Assembly: GCA_964016885.1 (NCBI GenBank)
Contig: OZ024761.1
Location: 3,906,001-3,970,000 of the forward strand
Length of the DNA stretch: 64,000 bases
Source of the DNA: Eledone cirrhosa
Taxonomy: Eukaryota
Direction of reading: 5' to 3'
Shown here: positions 53,597 through 64,000 of the stretch, piece by piece
How the letters are laid out: every line of letters starts with the position of its first letter
How positions within the stretch are numbered: position 1 is the stretch's first letter
Notes under the pieces: model-generated
The model's database searches: none
The model's input: the letters and a program-made list of their open reading frames with translations, nothing else
Told to the model about the DNA's origin: nothing
Made by a program: the position numbers and the translations under genes

Positions 53597-54323
53597 ATTA
53601 TGATATCAATAATTGTTTCTACTTATGACACAAGGTCACCAGTTACCTCAGTGCAACACTAGTGTTCAGTAACATATTTTAATGGATAACTTGTTGTATG
53701 GGTGAATAATCTAACACAGTGGGTGTTCATATAATTATATGTAGCCGTGGTTCAGTTTATTACAATAAATTATTGTATTTTGAGCTAATATAACTTATTC
53801 ACCTACACCTTTCCAGTCTTTATATTTAAAAACAAATTTCTTTATATATATATATATAAATATATATTTATTGTTATACTTGGGGAGGGTCATATTGTTA
53901 TAATATTGCCAGAAATGATAACAGAACATACTCACTGTTTGGTTGGTTTTCGCTTCTGTATCTTTTATATCTCCATAGTTAATTTATTTGGCAATCAATG
54001 TTTATCATTGATTGACCAGCGGTTAAAAATACAGATATAAATATATATATATAGTCTATCAAAGTTCTTTCGTCACACATCTGTGACATCATCAGTGGTA
54101 CTATTATGTTTCCTCCTATTGTATTGTAATGCCTACGCCATTTTTGGAAAAATGGCGTAGGCATTACATAAATTACATAATAAAAGATACAGAAGTGAAA
54201 ACCAATCCAAACCAAACAGTGAGTGTGTTCTGTTATTGTTTCTGGCAATATTATAACAATATGACCCTCCTCAAGTATAACAATATTTGTTTCAACAACA
54301 ATTTCATATCAAAAACCTTGCAA

Positions 54324-54394
<71 letters not shown>

Positions 54395-54573
54395 GTATAT
54401 ATATATATAGAGAGAGAGAGAATTAGTACATTTACCAACATATGTGTACAGATGTTCACCTATGCTAGCAAATATATATGTTATGTCTTAGTACCTTTGT
54501 GGTTCTATGCAGGGGGATGCAGAACAATTATATGAAAGACGTAAAATAAGAAAATTTTAAAAATTAAGAATAG

Positions 54574-54655
54574 ACTCCCTGATGACGTAAGGAATTCTCT
54601 ATGGTTATATTATGTAACTATATTTATCCCCTTACAGAAACTAATTAGTTGGAGT
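54574..54655 (+). ncRNA. Type-I hammerhead motif with extended stem II
   Basis: actcc-CTGATGA-cgtaagg...ccttaca-GAAA-ctaattag-TT-ggagt; C.A mismatch at the base of stem II. Confidence 0.65.
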
Positions 54656-54707
54656 GAAAATTTTAGTAAGTTGATTTTTAATTTTTTAAATTCTCTTATT
54701 TTACGTC

Positions 54708-54780
<73 letters not shown>

Positions 54781-55499
54781 GTCCACACTGTAAAGTGGTC
54801 GTGTAGGTAACATTGTAAAAAGCTCCCTGTCCACACTGTAAATGTGGTTGGTGTTACGAAACGCTCCAACCGTAGAAAACCTGCCAGATACAGTCCTATA
54901 CGAGCAAGATACGGTCATCCGACCAATCTTGCCTCAAGTGGGATAATTCCTGTCTAACCCATGCTAGCGTGGAAGATAGATGTTAAACGATATAATTTGT
55001 ATTGGTGCTCCGACAGCGATATACATATAAATGTACTTATTATATATTGAATGATATATTGGTTGTTTATGAAAAACATTTGAAGGCCTTTCGTTATGAA
55101 TTTAAGGTTGTCACCATCGTCACATACCTAGCTTCAGAAGAAATAGGGGAAGTAATCAACAACATTTGGTAGTGTTTATCGAGATTACATATCTTCCTGC
55201 CTCTGCTGGAGCTGAAGTAAGCTAGATCCTTATAGAATTCTGCTTATAGTAGTAACGAGCCCAGCATAAATTATCAATTTGTATTGATGTTCCTATATAG
55301 TGGTATATATGTATATCAATGTACATAGTGTATATAATCATCATTTAACATCCATTGTCCATGCTTGCATGGGTTAGAGGGATGGTCACATTATGAGGCC
55401 AGATATGTCACACCCATCTGTATTTTGACTTAGTTTTCAATGGCTGGATTGCTTTCCTAAAACCAACCACATTACAGTGTGGACTCGGTAGTTTTATTG

Positions 55500-56052
55500 T
55501 GGCACCAAAATGACTATCTAACATGGTGGATGGAGTGCTTTTTGTTGTGTCACCAGCACAACCACCTTACATGGTGGACTTGGTACTTTTGTCTTGTCAC
55601 CAGCGCAACCACCTTACATGGTAGACTGGGTACTTTTGTCGTGTCACCAGCACAACCACCTCACATGGTGGACTGGGTACTTTTGTCGTGTTACCAGCAC
55701 AACCACCTCACATGGTGGACTGGGTACTTTTGTCGTGTCACCAGCACAACCACCTCACATGGTGGACTGAGTGCTTTTGTCGTGTCACCAGCACAACCAC
55801 TTTACATGGTGGACTGAGTGCTTTTTGTTGTGTCACCAGCACAACCACCTTACATGGTGGACTGGGTACTTTTGTCGTGTCACCAGCACAACCACCTCAC
55901 ATGGTGGACTGGGTACTTTTGTCGTGTCACCAGCACAACCACCTCACATGGTGGACTGGGTACTTTTGTCGTGTCACCAGCACAACCACCTCACATGGTG
56001 GACTGGGTACTTTTGTCGTGTCACCAGCACAACCACTTTACATGGTGGACTG
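55500..56052. repeat. 47-bp tandem repeat grown from a minus-strand RTE-like tail (55338-56052)
   Basis: cagcacaacc period 47; unit similar to 8010-8060 and 40340-40420. Confidence 0.88.
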
Positions 56053-56134
56053 GGGGCTTTATCTACATATATATATATATACACTGTAATGTAATTTGTT
56101 GACATAATTTACTGACTGTTATTCCGTTTCCTAG

Positions 56135-56246
56135 AACATCAATCTTGGCTACGGTGGGAGTGCGACCATCATCACCTTAAATGTACGAATGACAAAGAAA
56201 TCAACCATATTTGGAGTTCCTTCTTTCATTGTCATACTTGTAGCTG
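56135..56246 (+). CDS. CPD: CPD exon, juxtamembrane and start of TM helix (…STIFGVPSFIVILVA)
   Basis: ttcctag acceptor, g|gtgagt donor; 'IFG-P' precedes the TM helix in CPDs. Not in the ORF track. Confidence 0.88.
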
Positions 56247-56297
56247 GTGAGTTATTCCACATTTACTTTTCAAAAACAACTTCCAAGAAACCTTTAA

Positions 56298-57490
56298 ACC
56301 TTTAGCATTTACATTACTCTATATATACTATTGTATTTTCACAGTAAAGGCTTTACCTCACATAATATCTCACATAACATTTACATTACTCTATATATAC
56401 TATTGTATTTTCACAGTAAAGGCTTTACCTCACATAATATCTCACATAACATTTACATTACTCTATATATACTATTGTATTTTCACAGTAAAGGCTTTAC
56501 CTCACATAATATCTCACATAACATTTACATTACTCTATATATACTATTGCATTTTCACAGTAAAGGCTTTACCTCACATAACATTTACATTACTCTATAT
56601 ATACTATTGTATTTTCACAGTAAATGCTTTACCTTACATAATATCTCACATAACATTTACATTACTCTATATATACTATTGTATTTTCACAGTAAAGGCT
56701 TTACCTCACATAATATCTCACATAACATATTATGTGAGGTAAAGCCTTTACTGTGAAAATACAATAGTATATATAGAGTAATGTAAATGTTATGTGAGGT
56801 AAAGCCTTTACCGTGAAAATACAATAGTATATATAGAGTAATGTAAATGTTATGTGAGATATTATGTGAGGTAAAGCCTTTACTGTGAAAATACAATAGT
56901 ATATATAGAGTAATGTAAATGTTATGTGAGATATTATGTGAGGTAAAGCCTTTACTGTGAAAATACAATAGTATATATAGAGTAATGTAAATGTTATGTG
57001 AGATATGTGAGGTAAAGACTTTACTGTGAAAATACAATAGTATATATAGAGTAATGTAAATGTTATGTGAGATATTATGTGAGGTGAAGCCTTTACTGTG
57101 AAAATACAATAGTATATATAGAGTAATGTAAATATTATGTGAGGTAAAGCCTTTACTGTGAAAATACAATAGTATATATAGAGTAATGTAAATGTTATGT
57201 GAGATATTATGTGAGGTAAAGCCTTTACTGTGAAAATACAATAGTATATATAGAGTAATGTAAATGTTATGTGAGATATTATGTGAGGTAAAGCCTTTAC
57301 TGTGAAAATACAATAGTATATATAGAGTAATGTAAATGTTATGTGAGATATTATGTGAGGTGAAGCCTTTACTGTGAAAATACAATAGTATATATAGAGT
57401 AATGTAAATGTTATGTGAGATATTATGTGAGGTGAAGCCTTTACTGTGAAAATACAATAGTATATATAGAGTAATGTAAATGCTAAAGGG
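56298..57490. mobile_element. Fold-back TTAA MITE: two inverted 72-bp satellite arrays, each ending in a left-type TIR
   Basis: ttaa|acctttagcatttac ... strand switch near 56728 ... gtaaatgctaaaggg|ttaa. Confidence 0.8.
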
Positions 57491-57652
57491 TTAAATCTTA
57501 TGAGCAAGAAACAAATAAACCTTCTTCTCTAGAAACAAAAAAAAGGGAGATTACTCTTCATTCTTTTCAAAAAGATGTCAAAATATAAGGCAGAATATTT
57601 TATTATAAATATGGGAATGAAAGGATTAAATGATTCTGTTGTGTCGTTTCAG

Positions 57653-57909
57653 CTGCTGTGATGGGCTTGGTGTTGATGTTGGTGATATTACTGATGTGTA
57701 TGAAATTTTGTGAAGAGGAACGTTACAGAGAACAAGGATTCCACAAGATAGGAAGCAGTCGGTTACCAAACTTTAATGACTACAATGATGCTGATGATGA
57801 TATGTCTGACTTCAATGTCGGAGTGAAACTGTTGAATAAACATTACCATGACGACACCTCCGACGAAGAGGAAGTGTTTGACAGACGAAGGCGTACGAAG
57901 CATTTCTGA
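57653..57909 (+). CDS. CPD: CPD terminal coding exon: rest of TM helix and cytosolic tail to stop
   Basis: tttcag acceptor in phase 1; hydrophobic stretch, juxtamembrane Cys (CMKFC), GFHKI, di-leucine KLL and acidic cluster DDTSDEEE, all features of CPD tails; TGA at 57907-57909. Confidence 0.93.
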
Positions 57910-58229
57910 TTAGAGAGAGATTGGGTAGAGTGAGAGGGGGGGGGGGAGATTGGAGAGTGTGAGAGAGAGGAGGAGATTGGAGAGAAAGGGAGATTGGATA
58001 AAGTGAGAGAGAGAGAGGGGGAGATTGGAGAGAGTGAGAGAGAGGGGGAGTTAATTAGAGATAGTGAGAGAGAAAAAGATGAGAAAGAGGAGAGAAAGTG
58101 GTATTTAGAAAGTTGTGGAGGTGATACAAGTGAAACAATCTGTCCAACTGACAAATTGACCGTCAGTCGAGGAACTAAAATACTATTGAAACATTGATTT
58201 ATTTTCATATTTTTGTTTTGAGGGATCAG

Positions 58230-59102
58230 GAAGAGTTTGGGTTATGTCAGGTTGACTTGATTACCAGAAAGAGTTTGGGTTATGTCAGGTTGACTTGATG
58301 ACCAGAAAGAGTTTGGGTTATGTCAGGTTGACTTGATTACCAGAAAGAGTTTGGGTTATGTCAGGTTGACTTGATTACCAGAAAGAGTTTGCGTTATGTC
58401 AGGTTGACCTGATGACCAGAAAGAGTTTGGGTTATGTCAGGTTGACTTGATGACCAGAAAGAGTTTGGGTTATGTCAGGTTGACTTGATGACCAGAAAGA
58501 GTTTGGGTTATGTCAGGTTGACCTGATGACCAGAAAGAGTTTGGGTTATGTCAGGTTGACCTGATGATCAGAAAGAGTTTGGGTTATGTCAGGTTGACTT
58601 GATGACCAGAAAGAGTTTGGGTTATGTCAGGTTGACTTGATGACCAGAAAGAGTTTGGGTTATGTCAGGTTGACCTGATGACCAGAAAGAGTTTGGGTTA
58701 TGTCAGGTTGACCTGATGACCAGAAAGAGTTTGGGTTATGTCAGGTTGACCTGATGACCAGAAAGAGTTTGGGTTATGTCAGGTTGACCTGATGACCAGA
58801 AAGAGTTTGGGTTATGTCAGGTTGACTTGATGACCAGAAAGAGTTTGGGTTATGTCAGGTTGACCTGATGACCAGAAAGAGTTTGGGTTATGTCAGGTTG
58901 ACCTGATGACCAGAAAGAGTTTGGGTTATGTCAGGTTGACCTGATGACCAGAAAGAGTTTGGGTTATGTCAGGTTGACTTGATGACCAGAAAGAGTTTGG
59001 GTTATGTCAGGTTGACCTGATGACCAGAAAGAGTTTGGGTTATGTCAGGTTGACCTGATGACCAGAAAGAGTTAGGGCTATGTCAGGTTGACTTGATGAC
59101 CA
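58230..59102. repeat. 38-bp minisatellite (about 23 copies) downstream of the CPD stop (probable 3' UTR)
   Basis: Unit gaaagagtttgggttatgtcaggttgac(c/t)tgatgacca. Confidence 0.95.
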
Positions 59103-60109
59103 CATCATTAAATTATTACCGTCAACTATTCTTCTTGTATTAATACAACAAACATTTTAAGAATAGTTGTTAGTTTTATATTACGCTGTGTGTTTTAAAT
59201 GACCATCACTTAATTAACCTAATTTACTTGAAAACTAATCAAATATTATTCAATATAAAACTCACAAATTCTAATTTTGATTTTAAGAACATTTTCCCTT
59301 CTAAATCAGGGGTTTGCCCTTGTAGACCATGTGGTCTCTATTGCCCTTGTAGACCATATGGTGTCTAAATCAGGGGTTAACTCTTGTAGGCCATATGGTC
59401 TCTAAATCAGGGGTTAACCCTTGTAGACCATATGGTGTCTTAATCAGGGGTTAGCCCTTGCAGGCCTTATGGTTTGCATTCCCTCATATTTAGCCATTTT
59501 GCCTTTGGTCTTCTGCCTCTATTTCCTCCCACATTCACTACCATCACTACTCTCACCCTCCCCCAACACATGACCCAGCCACTCTCCCCTCCCCCAACAC
59601 ATGACCTAGCCACACTAGGCCTCCCCAACACATGAGCCAGCCATCTCACCCGCCACCAACACATGACCAAGTCATCTCACCCTCCCGCAACACATGACCC
59701 AGCCATCTCACCCTCCCTCAACACTAGGTTGTTATGTCCACGGCAGGACTAAAGTGTCTTCCCTCAACAACTTTACACGGTGTCAAGTGTGACATGAGAG
59801 AGTTGCTTTCTATGTAAAGCAAAGAAATCTACTTCACCCGATATAATTCATTGAATATGATTAGTAAAAAGAGAAGCATGAGAGACACAACATCACGCCA
59901 CATTACATTTACTGTAACACCCCCATGGAAGAGCAACAAGGAAAGAATAAACCTCCTGTACCACATGAAACCACATTAACAAGATATTCTTGAAAAGTAC
60001 AAAACAGCTTTATGTCTGCATCAAATTAAAACTTGAAGTCTTATATGTTGTTTACAGTATGTAATGATCTGTCCAGAGGTAAAGATACTATAAACATTTG
60101 AATTAACAA

Positions 60110-63100
60110 ATCACATGAAACCACATTAGCAAGACATTCTTGTAAAGTACAAAACAACACTATGACTGCATCACATTAACTCATAACATCCTGTACCACA
60201 TGAAACCATATTAGCAAAACATTCTTGAAAAGTACAAAACAACACTATGACTGCATCACATTAACACATAACATCCTGTACCACATGAAACCACATTAGC
60301 AAGACATTCTTGTAAAGTACAAAACAACACTATGACTACATCACATTAACACATAACATCCTGTACCACATGAAACCACATTAGCAAGACATTCTTGTAA
60401 AGTACAAAACAACACTATGACTGCATCACATTAACTCATAACATCCTGTACCACATGAAACCACATTAGCAAGACATTCTTGTAAAGTACAAAACAACAC
60501 TATGACTGCATCACATTAACTCATAACATCCTGTACCACATGAAACCACATTAGCAAGACATTCTTGTAAAGTACAAAACAACACTATGACTACATCACA
60601 TTAACACATAACATCCTGTACCACATGAAACCACATTAGCAAGACATTCTTGTAAAGTACAAAACAACACTATGACTGCATCACATTAACTCATAACATC
60701 CTGTACCACATGAAACCACATTAGCAAGACATTCTTGTAAAGTACAAAACAACACTATGACTGCATCACATTAACTCATAACATCCTGTACCACATGAAA
60801 CCACATTAGCAAGACATTCTTGAAAAGTACAAAACAACACTATGACTGCATCACATTAACTCATAACATCCTGTACCACATGAAACCACATTAGCAAGAC
60901 ATTCTTGAAAAGTACAAAACAACACTATGACTGCATCACATTAACTCTTAACATCCTGTACCACATGAAACCACATTAGCAAGACATTCTTGAAAAGTAC
61001 AAAACAACACTATGACTGCATCACATTAACACATAACATCCTGTACCACATGAAACCACATTAGCAAGATATTCTTGTAAAGTACAAAACAACACTATGA
61101 CTGCATCACATTAACTCTTAACATCCTGTACCACATGAAACCACATTAGCAAGACATTCTTGAAAAGTACAAAACAACACTATGACTGCATCACATTAAC
61201 ACATAACATCCTGTACCACATGAAACCACATTAGCAAGATATTCTTGTAAAGTACAAAACAACACTATGACTGCATCACATTAACACATAACATCCTGTA
61301 CCACATGAAACCACATTAGCAAGATATTCTTGTAAAGTACAAAACAACACTATGACTGCATCACATTAACTCTTAACATCCTGTACCACATGAAACCACA
61401 TTAGCAAGACATTCTTGTAAAGTACAAAACAACACTATGACTGCATCACATTAACACATAACATCCTGTACCACATGAAACCACATTAGCAAGATATTCT
61501 TGTAAAGTACAAAACAACACTATGACTGCATCACATTAACTCTTAACATCCTGTACCACATGAAACCACATTAGCAAGACATTCTTGTAAAGTACAAAAC
61601 AACACTATGACTGCATCACATTAACACATAACATCCTGTACCACATGAAACCACATTAGCAAGATATTCTTGTAAAGTACAAAACAACACTATGACTGCA
61701 TCACATTAACTCTTAACATCCTGTACCACATGAAACCACATTAGCAAGACATTCTTGTAAAGTACAAAACAACACTATGACTACATCACATTAACACATA
61801 ACATCCTGTACCACATGAAACCACATTAGCAAGACATTCTTGAAAAGTACAAAACAACACTTTGACTGCATCACATTAACACATAACATCCTGTACCACA
61901 TGAAACCACATTAGCAAGACATTCTTGTAAAGTACAAAACAACACTATGACTGCATCACATTAACACATAACATCCTGTACCACATGAAGCCACATTAGC
62001 AAGATATTCTTGTAAAGTACAAAACAACACTATGACTGCATCACATTAACTCATAACATCCTGTACCACATGAAACCACATTAGCAAGACATTCTTGTAA
62101 AGTACAAAACAACACTATGACTGCATCACATTAACTCATAACATCCTGTACCACATGAAACCACATTAGCAAGACATTCTTGAAAAGTACAAAACAACAC
62201 TATGACTGCATCACATGAACTCTTAACATCCTGTACCACATGAAACCACATTAGCAAGACATTCTTGTAAAGTACAAAACAACACTATGACTGCATCACA
62301 TTAACTCATAACATCCTGTACCACATGAAACCACATTAGCAAGACATTCTTGTAAAGTACAAAACAACACTATGACTGCATCACATTAACTCATAACATC
62401 CTGTACCACATGAAACCACATTAGCAAGACATTCTTGAAAAGTACAAAACAACACTATGACTGCATCACATGAACTCTTAACATCCTGTACCACATGAAA
62501 CCACATTAGCAAGACATTCTTGTAAAGTACAAAACAACACTATGACTGCATCACATTAACTCTTAACATCCTGTACCACATGAAACCACATTAGCAAGAC
62601 ATTCTTGTAAAGTACAAAACAACACTATGACTGCATCACATTAACACATAACATCCTGTACCACATGAAACCACATTAGCAAGATATTCTTGTAAAGTAC
62701 AAAACAACACTTTGACTGCATCACATTAACTCTTAACATCCTGTACCACATGAAACCACATTAGCAAGACATTCTTGTAAAGTACAAAACAACACTATGA
62801 CTGCATCACATTAACTCATAACATCCTGTACCACATGAAACCACATTAGCAAAACATTCTTGAAAAGTACAAAACAACACTATGACTGCATCACATTAAC
62901 TCTTAACATCCTGTACCACATGAAACCACATTAGCAAGACATTCTTGTAAAGTACAAAACAACACTATGACTGCATCACATTAACTCATAACATCCTGTA
63001 CCACATGAAACCACATTAGCAAAACATTCTTGAAAAGTACAAAACAACACTATGACTGCATCACATTAACACATAACATCCTGTACCACATGAAACCACA

Positions 63101-63495
63101 TTAGCAAGACATTCTTGTAAAGTACAAAACAACACTATGACTGCATCACATTAACACATAACATCCTGTACCACATGAAACCACATTAGCAAGATATTCT
63201 TGGAAAGTACAAAACAACACTATGACTGCATCACATTAACTCATAACATCCTGTACCACATGAAACCACATTAGCAAGACATTCTTGTAAAGTACAAAAC
63301 AACACTATGACTGCATCACATTAACACATAACATCCTGTACCACATGAAGCCACATTAGCAAGATATTCTTGGAAAGTACAAAACAACACTATGACTGCA
63401 TCACATTAACTCTTAACATCCTGTACCAAATGAAACCACATTAGCAAGACATTCTTGGAAGGTACAAAACAACACTATGTCTGCATCACATTAAA
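60110..63495. repeat. 85-bp minisatellite (about 40 copies)
   Basis: ccacattagc period 85; diverged precursor unit at about 59950-60030. Confidence 0.96.
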
Positions 63496-63673
63496 AACTG
63501 AAGTCTTTCTTTTAGTTCACTGCAAAGTTTCACAACAATCTGTCCAGCAGTAAAAATACTATAAACATTTCAAGTGACAGTCTTCACAAGTAGAAACAAC
63601 ACTATGTTATAATTGCATCATAACGATTGCATTGGACTGAGGAGCTTCCTAGCTTCGGACAGACTTTAGAGAT

Positions 63674-63702
<29 letters not shown>

Positions 63703-63704
<2 letters not shown>

Positions 63705-63910
63705 GGAATGAGTAGGACCCCGACGGCTGAGCTCAAGCCGTTTTGACGGCTAATTCTGGACTGGAATTAGCCGTCGAATTAGCCGTCGAAACGGCTTGAG
63801 CTCAGCCGTCGGGGTCCTACTTGTTCCTATTACCCACTCTACTACCCTAAGTATTGAGTACTTTGGTGCGTTATGGTCCACCTGGTTCCTTGCCACATTT
63901 CCTTCATTAT
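63703..63910 (+). mobile_element. Fold-back 3' end of a (TA)n-associated repeat, also present rearranged at 12700-12832
   Basis: 63703-63755 is the inverse of 63776-63830; includes GAAA-cggct(tgagctc)agccg-TC, the 3' half of a hammerhead. Confidence 0.6.
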
Positions 63911-64000
63911 ATATATATAAGGGCGGTGGATTGGCAGTATCGGTAGAGGGTCGGACGCCATGCTTTGACGCATAGAGTTACGGCCCTTGCTATTCTGAGT

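Noticed and set aside
55075-55135. Minus-strand hammerhead candidate (tgacga...GAAAggccTT)
   Set aside because: C3 is missing and stems I and II pair poorly.
58380-59100. CTGATGA-cca-GAAA in the 38-bp repeat as tandem hammerheads
   Set aside because: No stem II between the boxes and no convincing stem III/UH/stem I arrangement; half the units read TTGATGA without compensation.

Overview
Repeat-rich eukaryotic (animal) genomic DNA, probably a coleoid cephalopod such as Octopus (inferred from SINE/LINE types and microsatellite load, not proven). The only host gene is the 3' part of a carboxypeptidase D (CPD, M14B) gene on the + strand. Fifteen phase-compatible GT-AG exons run from 154 to the stop at 57909 and encode two consecutive catalytically degenerate carboxypeptidase repeats with their transthyretin-like subdomains, a transmembrane helix and an acidic cytosolic tail. 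The introns hold a decayed RepHel Helitron joined head-to-tail to a short non-autonomous copy, two further non-autonomous Helitrons, three TTAA-type (piggyBac-like) MITEs carrying a 72-bp satellite, RTE-like and CR1/L2-like LINE remnants, tRNA-derived SINEs, Penelope-like (GIY-YIG) remnants and many minisatellites grown from local sequence. The most striking unannotated signal is a set of more than ten type-I hammerhead-ribozyme-shaped motifs, found by eye. They include canonical cores, compensatory U3-A8 cores and a three-copy U4A variant, many inside fold-back palindromes next to (TA)n, and several lie on the CPD sense strand. A 31-bp satellite of about 100 copies also amplifies an exon end together with its splice donor. 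Almost all long ORFs in the track are low-complexity artefacts.
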